Part shown: piece by piece, positions 45,766-55,752 of the stretch
How the letters are laid out: each line of letters opens with the position of its first letter
Position numbering within the stretch: position 1 is the stretch's first letter
Source: an uncultured Pseudobdellovibrionaceae bacterium
GTDB taxonomy: Bacteria; Bdellovibrionota; Bdellovibrionia; Bdellovibrionales; JAGQZY01
Direction of reading: 5' to 3'
Length of the DNA: 64,000 nt
Assembly (NCBI GenBank): GCA_964400355.1
Contig: CAYNTO010000001.1
Coordinates: 430,019-494,018, forward strand
Position numbers and translations under genes: made by a program
The notes under the pieces: generated by a model
Databases searched by the model: none
Told to the model about the DNA's origin: nothing
What the model saw: the letters and a program-made list of their open reading frames with translations, nothing else

Positions 45766-47229
45766 TTACTGGGTGAGAAGCCGTTGTAACAGGCGCGGGA
45801 GGCCTTTGAGGAGATCGGACGGCATCAAGGAATTGGGGTGGTTTTTTTGAACCCACAGGTCCGCCATCCATCCGTGAAGATAGGCCCCACTCAGCGCAGC
45901 TAACGGCGCGCTCAAACCCTGAGCTCGCAAACCAGACACTATGCCGGTGAGCACGTCTCCGCTACCGGCTTTCGCAAGCGCCGCATTGCCCGTGGGTATA
46001 ATAAAGACATTGCCCTCGACGGCCACCAAGGTGCGAAATCCCTTGAGAACAACGATTGCGCCCAAGGCCTTGGCCGCGTCTCTTGCGTGTTGCGGGCGAT
46101 TTGACTCGATAGTGGTCACGTCGCGAATTTTCAGAAGTCGCGAAAGCTCTTTGGTGTGTGGGGTGAGTATCCAGTCCGATCGTAGAGCTATTTTTGGCGA
46201 TGCGTAAGCGATGTTTGTGAGTGCATCGGCATCCAGAATCACCTTTTCGATGTGATTGGCATGGAGCAAACGCAACTGGGATTCTTGCTCGCTGCCTGTG
46301 CCCCAGCCGGGCCCCACAGCGTAGGTGAACCTGTTATCAATGGGAGATCTCTTTTCCACAAGAAGTTCAGGAACATCGCTAAAAACTGCGGAATCCTCCG
46401 ATTGCAAACTCACATAGCCGCTTCCCACACGGTATGCGGCGCGCGCTGTAAGAAGGGCAGCGCCCCACATTCCGGGGCTGCCCGCCCATACCTTCACGTG
46501 ACCATGAGTGGATTTATTGGATGTACTTTTTCTATTAGGGAACGCCGCTACAAAATCGCGATGGGTGAATACAAAGTGAGAGTTGGCGTGTGCGGTAACG
46601 GCCTCTTTTGAAAACCCAATGTTCAGTTTATGCACGCGGCCGCAAACGCGCGGGCCGTCTTGAATGAGTTGCCCGAGTTTTCGAACTCCAAATGTGAGTG
46701 TGTGATCAGCTTCCACGGCTGCGCCGCGAACGGCTCCAGTGTCGGCGTCCAGTCCACTGGGAATATCGAGACTTATGGTCTGTGAGCGGCCGGCGCGGCG
46801 CAAGCGATTGAGCTCTTCGATGAGTTGCGCGAGAGATCCGTGGATCTCTTTGCTCAAACCAATTCCAAAGAGGGCATCAATGTAAACGTCAGCTGCCGGC
46901 AAGACGCCCGAAAATTTTTTTACTGGAGCATTCACATTTTTGATTTGGTGATTGAGTGCGTTAGTTCTCGGCGGAACCACACTGTAACATTCGCTGCGCC
47001 TATAATTTTTGGCCAACAACTCGCGGAAGACAACGACTCCATCGCCGCCGTTATTACCTGAGCCGCACAGTATCACAAATTTTGTGTATTTATCGGGAAA
47101 TAAACTTTGAATTTTTTCTACAGCCGCAAGACCGGCGTTGTTCATTAATCGCAGCTCGGATATAGAGAGCTGCTTTTGTGTCTGTAGATCGATGGTTCGG
47201 GTTTGAGCACGGGTTGCGATGCGTATCAT
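45766..47229 (-). CDS. nnr: bifunctional NAD(P)H-hydrate repair enzyme (epimerase/dehydratase)
   Basis: YjeF-N motif CGSGNNGGDG and the carbohydrate-kinase-like C-terminus with AKAGSGDVLTGIVSG. Start at ATG 47229 (MIRIATRAQ). The track start at 47265 is TTG. Confidence 0.85.
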   Translation of the reverse strand: MIRIATRAQTRTIDLQTQKQLSISELRLMNNAGLAAVEKIQSLFPDKYTKFVILCGSGNNGGDGVVVFRELLAKNYRRSECYSVVPPRTNALNHQIKNVNAPVKKFSGVLPAADVYIDALFGIGLSKEIHGSLAQLIEELNRLRRAGRSQTISLDIPSGLDADTGAVRGAAVEADHTLTFGVRKLGQLIQDGPRVCGRVHKLNIGFSKEAVTAHANSHFVFTHRDFVAAFPNRKSTSNKSTHGHVKVWAGSPGMWGAALLTARAAYRVGSGYVSLQSEDSAVFSDVPELLVEKRSPIDNRFTYAVGPGWGTGSEQESQLRLLHANHIEKVILDADALTNIAYASPKIALRSDWILTPHTKELSRLLKIRDVTTIESNRPQHARDAAKALGAIVVLKGFRTLVAVEGNVFIIPTGNAALAKAGSGDVLTGIVSGLRAQGLSAPLAALSGAYLHGWMADLWVQKNHPNSLMPSDLLKGLPRLLQRLLTQ

Positions 47230-47340
47230 TGCTGTTGTTCTAGACGATTGATTTTTGTGATTCAATCAGATATTCATATTTGTTCACGTAACCCTAAACT
47301 TTTTTTAGTTCGTGTGGGTGGGGAGTAAAGGATTAATACA

Positions 47341-47880
47341 ATGCCGAGTAAGACTCTTGCTCTAAAATCGCATCTACCGCGAGCCTATGCCGAGCTTTTG
47401 CTTCAGGTGGGAAATTTTATGGAACACTGGGGGTTTAAACAGGTTCATGGCCAAGTGTGGGCCTGTGTGTTTCTCTCTGAACATCCCGTAGATGCTCGCC
47501 ATATCATTGAGCATCTTAAAGTTTCAAAGGCAGCAGTGAGTCTCGCTATCAAAGACCTTATCGACTATGAGGTGATTGAGGAATTGGAAAAAACAAAACC
47601 TTCCACCCGTAAATACGTCTCCAATCCCGATCTTTGCGAAGTGATCCTCAACGTTTTACGTGGGCGAGAAAAACCAATGCTCGCTAGCGTGGTGGACACC
47701 GCTCAGGCGTTTTTAGCTCTAGGCTCTGCGGAGCTTCAGCGCGTGCACGTTTCCAGCGAGAGAGTGAAAGAACTAAAGGCCATGGCTACCAGTGCCCACG
47801 AAATTCTCGAGTGCCTGATCAAAAGCCGCGAGGGCAGCTTGGAACCGTTAATGACAGCTCTCACAGCGGAGCCTCATTAG
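47341..47880 (+). CDS. GbsR/MarR-like winged-helix transcriptional regulator
   Basis: FMEHWGFKQVHGQVWACVFLSEHPVDARHIIEHLKVSKAAVSLAIKDLIDYEVI matches the GbsR-type wHTH pattern. Confidence 0.65.
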   Translation: MPSKTLALKSHLPRAYAELLLQVGNFMEHWGFKQVHGQVWACVFLSEHPVDARHIIEHLKVSKAAVSLAIKDLIDYEVIEELEKTKPSTRKYVSNPDLCEVILNVLRGREKPMLASVVDTAQAFLALGSAELQRVHVSSERVKELKAMATSAHEILECLIKSREGSLEPLMTALTAEPH

Positions 47881-49343
47881 TGAAAAAAGCAGATTCGTTC
47901 GGTATTCATTGGTTTCGCCGCGATCTGCGAATAGAGGGAAATGCAGCACTGAGCGCCAATATGCGCAAAAATAGTGGACGCGTTCTCGGTCTATTTTGTT
48001 TCGACTCTCAATTTTTGGCCCGTCCCGATTTTTCTCACAACCGATTCGCTTTCTTTTTGAAAACACTGCAGTCGCTGCGCAAAGATCTGCAAAACTGCGG
48101 CGGTGATCTACTGATTGTCGATGAAGTTCCCGAAAAAGTGTTTCCCGAGCTGTTCAGCTACTGGAAAGCACAGGGGACAAACCTTCCCAATGTGTCTTAC
48201 AGCAGAGACTACGAGCCCTTTGCCATTCAACGCGACGACAAACTTGGCGCTATTTTTAAAAAAAATGAGGTGGAGTTTGAGTCTTTTCGTGATCACCTGG
48301 TCATTGAGCCTACGGAACTCAGCAAAGGCAAACCGGGTGAGTACTACCAGATCTATACACCCTTTGCTAAAAAGTGGTTCGACATCTTCCATTCTGCTGA
48401 GTTTCAAGAACGCATTTCCGCCCAAGCAGGGAGCCTGAGCGGATCGCTCAAGGCCAAGCTTTCTATGAGTTGGAAAGACGTTGTGGAAAAGCCGTTCCCC
48501 TATGTGGATAAGTTGGATCATTTTATCCATGAAAATGCCAAGCACGTTACTGTGCAAATTCCAGATGCTGGGCGCGATGCCGTTAAACAATCTCTCTCTG
48601 TATTTAAAAGAAAACTGAATCTTTACAAGACCAATCGTGATGTGCCAGGCACAGAGGGCACTTCACGTTTTTCCGTCTATTTTAAAAATGGTTCGCTCAC
48701 TACGGCTCAAGCCATTTATCATTTGCAGCTTCAGAAGATCGGTTTTAAGACTGAGAATGGCCCTGCACGATTTCTTAAAGAGCTTGTGTGGAGAGAATTT
48801 TATTACCACATTCTTTACCACCGGCCCGATGTGGAGCATACGGCCTTCCAGGAAAAGTACAAAAAGATAGATTGGTCCAACAATAAGAAATGGTTTGAAA
48901 AGTGGTGTGCAGGTCAAACCGGTTTCCCGATTGTCGATGCGGGTATGCGCGAACTCAATACTACGGGTTGGATGCACAACCGGGTTCGCATGATCGTGTC
49001 TTCGTTTCTCATCAAAGATCTTTTAATCGACTGGCGTTGGGGTGAACGGTATTTCATGGAAAAGCTGATCGATGGCGATCTGGCTCCCAATAACGGGGGT
49101 TGGCAGTGGGCCGCTTCTACAGGCTGCGATGCTCTGCCCTACTTCCGAGTCTTCAATCCGTGGCTGCAGTCACAAAAATTTGACCCACATGGCGAGTACA
49201 TTCGCAAATATGTGCCCGAGCTGAGAAATGTCTCCGATAAAGCGATTCATCGTGAAGAAGAAGATCGCGGCGCTTATGGGTACCCTGAGCCCATGGTGGT
49301 TCACTCTCAGCAAAAAATCAAAGCCATTTCCCTATATAAGTGA
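47880..49343 (+). CDS. phr: deoxyribodipyrimidine photolyase (cryptochrome/photolyase family)
   Basis: GIHWFRRDLRIEGNAAL N-terminus. FAD-binding signature QTGFPIVDAGMRELNTTGWMHNRVRMIVSSFLIKDLLIDWRWGERYF...NNGGWQWAASTG. GTG start shares 1 nt with the regulator stop codon. Confidence 0.85.
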   Translation: MKKADSFGIHWFRRDLRIEGNAALSANMRKNSGRVLGLFCFDSQFLARPDFSHNRFAFFLKTLQSLRKDLQNCGGDLLIVDEVPEKVFPELFSYWKAQGTNLPNVSYSRDYEPFAIQRDDKLGAIFKKNEVEFESFRDHLVIEPTELSKGKPGEYYQIYTPFAKKWFDIFHSAEFQERISAQAGSLSGSLKAKLSMSWKDVVEKPFPYVDKLDHFIHENAKHVTVQIPDAGRDAVKQSLSVFKRKLNLYKTNRDVPGTEGTSRFSVYFKNGSLTTAQAIYHLQLQKIGFKTENGPARFLKELVWREFYYHILYHRPDVEHTAFQEKYKKIDWSNNKKWFEKWCAGQTGFPIVDAGMRELNTTGWMHNRVRMIVSSFLIKDLLIDWRWGERYFMEKLIDGDLAPNNGGWQWAASTGCDALPYFRVFNPWLQSQKFDPHGEYIRKYVPELRNVSDKAIHREEEDRGAYGYPEPMVVHSQQKIKAISLYK

Positions 49344-49356
49344 TTATCCAAAAAGT

Positions 49357-50679
49357 TTACTTTTGGACGACAAGCATTTTTTTCCAGTAGGGCGTTAAGT
49401 CGATAGCCACTTCCATACGCCGTAAGATATTAAAGATGCCACCGAGTTTTCGGTGAAGCAGAATAATGTGTTTTGGGGGAGAAGAGTATTTGAGACTGTT
49501 GGTGAATGAGCGGCCAATGGTAATGCTCCTTTTAGCATAGTCTTTATTGGCAAAATGAAAGGGCTGAAGGCCTTCAGAAAAAGGTTCCAGCGAATTCTTC
49601 ATAAACTGCAAATATTTTTGCTGTGTCTCTTCGTCTTCACGCGGATCTATGAGGCCGAACGAAAAGGACTTCGCGAGAATCTGTTTGTCGTCGCCAGTAT
49701 TGAGCGCCATAAGAATTTCGCAGTACTCTCGCACAAAGGTTTTGTCGTAGTGGCGGGCGGCACCAAAATCGAGGAGTACCAGTTCGCAATTGTTGCGCAC
49801 CAAAAAATTACCGTAGTTGGGATCGGTCTGCACCAATCCCCATTCGAAAAATTCGCGACAATAGAGATCTAAAATCAAATGAGCAATGTACTCGCGTTGT
49901 GAGAGTGAGGGCTTTGATTCAATCCATTCGCGCAAAGACACGCCCTCTTCAAAACTCATAGTCAATACGGAACTGGTCGACAATTCGGGAATTGCTTGTG
50001 GAACTTTGTAATAGTTGGTGAGGTCGGCCGCCGCGATACGCTCACGATAATCGGTCATGAGACTCAGTTCGCGTTCGTAGTCGGTTTCCTGCACGAGCAC
50101 CGTCTCGAATTCCGCAAACAGCGGCTGAAGATCCATTTTTTTTCCAGAAACAGAAAGAAATGCGCCCGCAACACGGCGGAGAATAGCGAGATCGGAGTGA
50201 ATGCTATCGCGCACACCAGGGTATTGCACCTTGATCGCCAATTTTTCGCCATTGCGATAAGCCACATGGACTTGTCCAATACTCGCAGCGGAATGCGCCT
50301 TTTCATCGATTTGCACTGACTTTCTTTGCGCTGCAGACCACTGCTGTTCGAGGACGCCCTCCACCGATGAGAACGGCGTCAGCTCCGCTGTGCTTTGCAA
50401 TTGGGAAAGGACGTCGGTGACTTCTTTGGGAAGAATGTCGCTACTGTCTAGGCTCATCAGTTGCCCGACCTTCATTGCAGCGCCCTTTAATTGAGAGAGG
50501 CTTTCGGCTAAAATCTTGGCCTGCTGAACACGCATCTTGATCTTTTCAGGGGCGTGGTCTTCAAAATTTTGGCTGACCGTTTCTTTGATTTTTTGCGTGA
50601 ACTCATGTCCAGCAATTCGGCTGGCCGTATTGAGCAGTTGAACAGAGCGTGAGAATACGGATTTTTTGAAGTTAGCCAC
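49357..50679 (-). CDS. ABC1/UbiB-family atypical kinase
   Basis: AASIGQVHVAYRNGEKLAIKVQYPGV and TDPNYGNFLV...LLDFGA kinase-like motifs. GTG start. Confidence 0.8.
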   Translation of the reverse strand: MANFKKSVFSRSVQLLNTASRIAGHEFTQKIKETVSQNFEDHAPEKIKMRVQQAKILAESLSQLKGAAMKVGQLMSLDSSDILPKEVTDVLSQLQSTAELTPFSSVEGVLEQQWSAAQRKSVQIDEKAHSAASIGQVHVAYRNGEKLAIKVQYPGVRDSIHSDLAILRRVAGAFLSVSGKKMDLQPLFAEFETVLVQETDYERELSLMTDYRERIAAADLTNYYKVPQAIPELSTSSVLTMSFEEGVSLREWIESKPSLSQREYIAHLILDLYCREFFEWGLVQTDPNYGNFLVRNNCELVLLDFGAARHYDKTFVREYCEILMALNTGDDKQILAKSFSFGLIDPREDEETQQKYLQFMKNSLEPFSEGLQPFHFANKDYAKRSITIGRSFTNSLKYSSPPKHIILLHRKLGGIFNILRRMEVAIDLTPYWKKMLVVQK

Positions 50680-50736
50680 GGTAGGGATATATCATCTTCC
50701 ACCACACACGGCAAAGGTTAGCGCAGATTGTGGCAA

Positions 50737-51543
50737 TTACTCCACAGTAAAAGAAACGGTGCCCACCTTCTCTAGGCGCGCTCGTGCAATCTGCCCTTTC
50801 TCGAGTGCTATTGCGGTTGTGGCGGCTCCGGCAAGGACAATGCTGCCTTTTGGAAGCGCGCGACCATCCTGGCTCAGCAGGCTGACGAGCTCACAAAGGG
50901 ATTTTAGTGGATTGCCGAGTATGGCGCCGCCCGTAGCAGTTTCCTGAACGACATCGCCCGTAAGCAATTCGATTTTTAGTGAAGACCAGTCGAGAATCGT
51001 CGCTGCTGGAACGCTTTCGCCGAGCACGAAATGGGAGGACGATGCATTATCGGCAATCACATCTGGCAGCGAAAAATATTTAAACCCCTGGTATCGGGAA
51101 TCGAGGATTTCCAGCGCAACACCGATGCGATCGCAAACTCCGGGAACGTCCTCCACGTTGAGGGAGCCCGAGAGTTCGCGGTTGGTGATAAAATAAATTT
51201 CCGGTTCGGTTTTTGGGTGAAGGCGTTTCTCTAACGAAAATGCCGCCAAGTTTTTTACCTGCATCACATCAGTTAAAACTCCAAAAATAGGGGTATGAAG
51301 CCCCATTTGATCCATCTTGGCTTTGGAGGTCAGTCCCATTTTATAGCCGATCACTTTTTCGCCACTTTCGAGGCGCAGTTCGATACCGCGGTTCTGCACT
51401 TTATAACTATCTGCGAGACTGTATTCTCCATGTATTTTCGAGAACGGCTCGACCTCCGCGGTGTTGAGTCGCGCTCGGTGCAACGTATGTGCAAAAGATT
51501 CGATCTGATCTACGGTAAGGCTTTTATCAGCTGGGTTTTTCAT
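50737..51543 (-). CDS. 2-oxopent-4-enoate hydratase / 4-oxalocrotonate decarboxylase family protein
   Basis: MhpD/XylI-like pattern (YKVQNRGIELRLESGEKVIGYKMGLTSKAKM; PKTEPEIYF). Diverges from the kynurenine operon. Start at ATG 51543. Confidence 0.65.
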   Translation of the reverse strand: MKNPADKSLTVDQIESFAHTLHRARLNTAEVEPFSKIHGEYSLADSYKVQNRGIELRLESGEKVIGYKMGLTSKAKMDQMGLHTPIFGVLTDVMQVKNLAAFSLEKRLHPKTEPEIYFITNRELSGSLNVEDVPGVCDRIGVALEILDSRYQGFKYFSLPDVIADNASSSHFVLGESVPAATILDWSSLKIELLTGDVVQETATGGAILGNPLKSLCELVSLLSQDGRALPKGSIVLAGAATTAIALEKGQIARARLEKVGTVSFTVE

Positions 51544-51681
51544 AGTGAAAAGAACTCTAAAACACGGTGGTTTGCTTGTCCAGAGGTCAAATAAACTTGC
51601 CTCTATCTGGACGGTGAGGGTAAAACCAATTGGACCCAAATCGCGATAACCGACACTGTGTGGCTAATGCCCCGGGTGCTT

Positions 51682-52317
51682 ATGAACTTCGAAACTAAAA
51701 ACATTTTTGATATTTCTCCAGAAATCTCGGCAAGCACCGCCGTGTTCCCGGGTGATACTGTATTTTCACAAACTGTTCTGATGGATTGCAAAAAGGGTGA
51801 CAACATTGGTTTGTCTGCATTTACAACCACTCCGCACATTGGTGCGCACACCGATGCTCCCAACCACTACCATGCAGATGGTAAAGGGATTTCTGAGCGC
51901 AGTCTGGACTTTTATTTGGGAGAGTGCCAAGTGATTGCAGTCGATGTGCCACGCGGTGAACGCGTGCGACTGAGACACATATCGAGCACCCACATTCTGG
52001 CACCGCGAGTTCTTTTTAAAACTCGTTCTTTTCCAAACCCCAATAAGTGGAACCAGGATTTCAATTCCCTATCTGGTGAAGTGATTGATGCTTTGGCCGC
52101 GCAGGGCGTGCGTTTGGTCGGAATTGACACGCCTTCCATTGATCCCGCCGACGACAAAAAACTCGAGGCTCACCACCGCGTTCATCACAACGACATGGCT
52201 ATATTGGAAGGCATTGTGCTCGATAATGTTCCCGAAGGCCGGTATGTTCTGATCGCGCTACCGTTAAAAATGAAAAATTTAGATGCCTCACCGGTGCGAG
52301 CCGTGTTGATGGGTTAA
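51682..52317 (+). CDS. kynB: kynurenine formamidase (cyclase family)
   Basis: FDISPEIS..VFPGD and the HIGAHTDAPNHY zinc motif of the cyclase/arylformamidase family. Operon context supports the call. Confidence 0.8.
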   Translation: MNFETKNIFDISPEISASTAVFPGDTVFSQTVLMDCKKGDNIGLSAFTTTPHIGAHTDAPNHYHADGKGISERSLDFYLGECQVIAVDVPRGERVRLRHISSTHILAPRVLFKTRSFPNPNKWNQDFNSLSGEVIDALAAQGVRLVGIDTPSIDPADDKKLEAHHRVHHNDMAILEGIVLDNVPEGRYVLIALPLKMKNLDASPVRAVLMG

Positions 52318-52333
52318 TGAGGTCAGTGAAATT

Positions 52334-53803
52334 ATGAAGTCTGTAAATTCAATTCAAAAAATTCAAAATTATATCGGTGGGGAGCTGGTCGATGCCATTA
52401 GCGGCAAAACGCTCCAAAATTTTGAACCAGCCACAGGCTTACCGACCTCAACCATTCCTGCAAGTGGAGTGGAGGATGTGGATCGCGCCGTAGAGGCCGC
52501 GCAAAGAGCGTTTCCTGCATGGAGCGCGCTAACTATCAATGAGCGTTCCGCTATTCTGCGCAAACTTTCACAGATCATCGAAGACAATCGGGATGAACTG
52601 GCTCTCGCTGAGACCATCGACAACGGAAAACCGATCGACGTGAGCCGTTCGATCGATATTCCACGCTCCTCCTACAATTTTCGGTTCTATGCGGATGCAA
52701 TCACACAGTTCTCGGGAGAGAGTTATGTGACGTCATCGTCCACATTTAACTACATTCGCCACGATCCTATCGGTGTGGTGGGATGTATCTCGCCGTGGAA
52801 CCTTCCACTGTATTCATTCACCTGGAAAGTGGCGCCAGCGATGGTGGCCGGGAACTGCGTGGTTGCTAAGCCCTCAGAAGTGACGCCACTGACGGCCTAT
52901 TTGTTCTCGCAGCTCTGTCAGGAGGCGGGATTGCCACCGGGAGTGTTGAATATCGTGCATGGCACAGGGGCCGATGTGGGAACGCGCATCTCAAATCATC
53001 CCGACATCCGCGCCATCACATTTACGGGGAGCACTGTAACCGGCGAAAAAATCGCCGCCATTGCCGCGCCAAAATTTAAAAAGCTAGCCCTCGAAATGGG
53101 CGGTAAAAATCCAACTATCGTTTTTGCCGATTGTGAGTTCGAAAAAACTGTGAGCGAGGTTGTACGCGCAGCCTTCTCCAACCAAGGCCAAATTTGTTTG
53201 TGCGGTTCGCGCATATTTATACATAAAGATATTTTTGAAAAATTTGTCGGTGCGCTGGTCGAAAAAACAAAGTCTCTAAAAATGGGCGACCCACTATTGC
53301 CAGGAACTCAGCAGGGTGCGGTCGTTTCAAAAGCTCAGTTCGACAAAGTTCTGGGCTACATTGATCTCGCCAAAAAAGAGGGTGGGTCGGTACTTTGTGG
53401 AGGTAAGGCGGCACGTGTGGATGGCCGTTGCGAAAATGGCTGGTTTATTGAACCCACGCTCATTTCAGGCCTCACGAACAACTGCCGCACCAATCAAGAG
53501 GAAATTTTTGGTCCAGTAGCCGTTGTTATTCCTTTTTCCAGCGAAGACGAAGTGACCCGTGCCGCCAACGATGTGAAGTATGGCTTGTCGGCCAGCGTGT
53601 TTACCCAAGATATTTCTCGTGCCCACCGTATGGCAAAAAATATTCATAGCGGCGTTGTGTGGATCAACACTTGGATGAACCGCGATTTGCGCACGCCGTT
53701 TGGAGGCATCAAGGAATCGGGCATGGGTCGCGAGGGCGGCATGGAAGCATTGCGTTTTTTTACCGAACCAAAAACTGTTTGTGTACAGATTGGAGAGCAG
53801 TAA
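52334..53803 (+). CDS. aldehyde dehydrogenase, probable 2-aminomuconate-6-semialdehyde dehydrogenase
   Basis: ALDH motifs LEMGGKNP and catalytic Cys in GQICLCGSR. Substrate inferred from neighbours ACMSD and HAO. Confidence 0.75.
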   Translation: MKSVNSIQKIQNYIGGELVDAISGKTLQNFEPATGLPTSTIPASGVEDVDRAVEAAQRAFPAWSALTINERSAILRKLSQIIEDNRDELALAETIDNGKPIDVSRSIDIPRSSYNFRFYADAITQFSGESYVTSSSTFNYIRHDPIGVVGCISPWNLPLYSFTWKVAPAMVAGNCVVAKPSEVTPLTAYLFSQLCQEAGLPPGVLNIVHGTGADVGTRISNHPDIRAITFTGSTVTGEKIAAIAAPKFKKLALEMGGKNPTIVFADCEFEKTVSEVVRAAFSNQGQICLCGSRIFIHKDIFEKFVGALVEKTKSLKMGDPLLPGTQQGAVVSKAQFDKVLGYIDLAKKEGGSVLCGGKAARVDGRCENGWFIEPTLISGLTNNCRTNQEEIFGPVAVVIPFSSEDEVTRAANDVKYGLSASVFTQDISRAHRMAKNIHSGVVWINTWMNRDLRTPFGGIKESGMGREGGMEALRFFTEPKTVCVQIGEQ

Positions 53804-53805
53804 TT

Positions 53806-54219
53806 ATGAAGATCGATTCGCAGCGCGCCCCCGAACCCGTCGGCCTCTATCCCCATGCTCGTCGCGTGGGAAACTTGCTTTTCCTATCGGGCGTTGGGCC
53901 ACGAGAGCGTGGCTCCAAAAAGATTCCAGGAGTCGAACTCGATGAGAATGGCAATATCGTGTCCTACGATATCGAAGCTCAATGCCATTCGGTGTTTAAA
54001 AACGTACGTTTGGTTTTAGAAGATGCTGGGCTTCAGTGGGAAAATCTCGTCGACGTCACAGTTTTTCTCACCAATATGAAGGCTGATTTTCCGATCTATA
54101 ATCGTATTTACGGTGAATATTTTAAATCCAATCTTCCCTGCCGAACAACTCTCGAAATCGGCGCGCTTCCCACACCCATCGCCATCGAGTTGAAGTGCAT
54201 TGCGGAGATCCCATCGTGA
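53806..54219 (+). CDS. RidA/YjgF family protein, probable 2-aminomuconate deaminase
   Basis: APEPVGLYPHARRVGNLLFLSG...CRTTLEIGALPTPIAIELKCIA RidA signature. Track ORF trimmed to ATG 53806. Confidence 0.75.
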   Translation: MKIDSQRAPEPVGLYPHARRVGNLLFLSGVGPRERGSKKIPGVELDENGNIVSYDIEAQCHSVFKNVRLVLEDAGLQWENLVDVTVFLTNMKADFPIYNRIYGEYFKSNLPCRTTLEIGALPTPIAIELKCIAEIPS

Positions 54220-54743
54220 GAGTTCCCCTCAACCTTCACAAATGGATTGCCGAAAACCGCCACACCTTGAAGCCGCCGGTGGCCAACAAACTTATTTGGG
54301 AGGACGGCGAGTTTATGGTTTTTATCGTGGCGGGACCAAATGGCCGTACTGATCTGCATTTGAATAGCGGCGAGGAATTTTTTTATCAGATCGAGGGAGA
54401 TGTTTTTTTAAAGACCTGGCAGAATGAAATCTTTAAAGACGTATGGATCCGCGAAGGAGAGATTTACTTGTTGCCTGCAGGTCTTCCTCACTCTCCGCAA
54501 CGTCCTGCCGACACAGTTGGACTGGTGATCGAGCGCAAACGGGTTGAGGGCGAGATGGACGGGTTAATGTGGCGTTGTCCTCAGTGTAAGAATAAGATGT
54601 ACGAAGAGTTTTTTCATCTCACCAACATCGTTACGCAGTTTAAGCCTGTGTTTGATCGTTTTTTTAATAGCGAACACTCGACCTGCAAAAAGTGCGGGCA
54701 TCAATTAACCAAGGAAAGTTCCTTTAAACCCGAAAATGTTTAA
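54216..54743 (+). CDS. 3-hydroxyanthranilate 3,4-dioxygenase
   Basis: Cupin core DLHLNSGEEFFYQIEGDV...LLPAGLPHSPQR plus a C-terminal rubredoxin-like CPQC...CKKC site. GTGA overlap with the preceding stop. Confidence 0.85.
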   Translation: MRVPLNLHKWIAENRHTLKPPVANKLIWEDGEFMVFIVAGPNGRTDLHLNSGEEFFYQIEGDVFLKTWQNEIFKDVWIREGEIYLLPAGLPHSPQRPADTVGLVIERKRVEGEMDGLMWRCPQCKNKMYEEFFHLTNIVTQFKPVFDRFFNSEHSTCKKCGHQLTKESSFKPENV

Positions 54744-55752
54744 AATCGATATCCACACTCATATTCTACCTAAAGATCTGCCAGACTGGAAAAGTATGCT
54801 CGGCTATGGCGGTTTTATTCGCCTCGACCATCACAAATCGTGTAGCGCGCGGATGCTTAAGGATGATGGAACTTTTTTTCGTGAAATTGGCGACAACTGC
54901 TGGGATCCCCATGTGCGGATGAAGGACTGCGATGCCGTAAACGTCAACGTGCAGGTGCTATCTACTGTGCCCGTAATGTTCAACTACTGGACGCGGGCAG
55001 AGCACGGATACGATATATCCCGCTTTCTCAATGACCACTTAGCCCAAGTTTGTGCGGCTCACCCAAAACGTTTCGTCGGTTTAGGCACGGTGCCGCTTCA
55101 AGATACAACATTGGCAATTCACGAATTAGAACGCTGCATGAAGAGCTTGGGTTTAAGAGGCGTAGAGATTGGCAGCCATGTGAATGGAAAAAATTTGGAT
55201 CACCCCGACCTCTTCGATTTTTTTGCGTCCGCTCAAGAGATGGGCGCGAGCATTTTTGTGCATCCGTGGGATATGCTCGGCGGCGATCGCCTCAAAGACT
55301 ACTGGCATCCATGGTTGATCGGCATGCCGACAGAACTTGCAATTGCTATTAGCTCCCTTATCTTTGGAGGCGTGCTGGAAAAATTGCCAAAGCTCAAGAT
55401 TGCATTTGCTCATGGAGGCGGATCTTTTCCGGGAATCCTCGGGCGATTGGAGCATGGTTTTTTGGCACGACCAGATTTGGTCGCTGTTCGCAATAAAAAA
55501 TCTCCACGCGAGTATTTGGATCGCATTTATGTGGATTCACTGGTTCATGATCCTCAAGCGCTCAAATATTTACTGGATGTGTTCGGAGAAAATCGCATTG
55601 CCATGGGGACAGACTATCCATTTCCGTTGGGAGAAGAAATTCCGGGAAAATTGATACTTGATTGCAAAGAATTTTCGGCAAAAACAAAAGAGCGATTGTT
55701 GAGTGGTACGGCGCTCGAGTGGTTAGGTATGAACAGAAAGGATTTCCAATGA
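54736..55752 (+). CDS. 2-amino-3-carboxymuconate-6-semialdehyde decarboxylase (amidohydrolase_2)
   Basis: KIDIHTHILP metal motif, HPWD, FAHGGGSFP and MGTDYPFPLGE. Overlaps the HAO gene by 8 nt. Confidence 0.85.
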   Translation: MFKIDIHTHILPKDLPDWKSMLGYGGFIRLDHHKSCSARMLKDDGTFFREIGDNCWDPHVRMKDCDAVNVNVQVLSTVPVMFNYWTRAEHGYDISRFLNDHLAQVCAAHPKRFVGLGTVPLQDTTLAIHELERCMKSLGLRGVEIGSHVNGKNLDHPDLFDFFASAQEMGASIFVHPWDMLGGDRLKDYWHPWLIGMPTELAIAISSLIFGGVLEKLPKLKIAFAHGGGSFPGILGRLEHGFLARPDLVAVRNKKSPREYLDRIYVDSLVHDPQALKYLLDVFGENRIAMGTDYPFPLGEEIPGKLILDCKEFSAKTKERLLSGTALEWLGMNRKDFQ

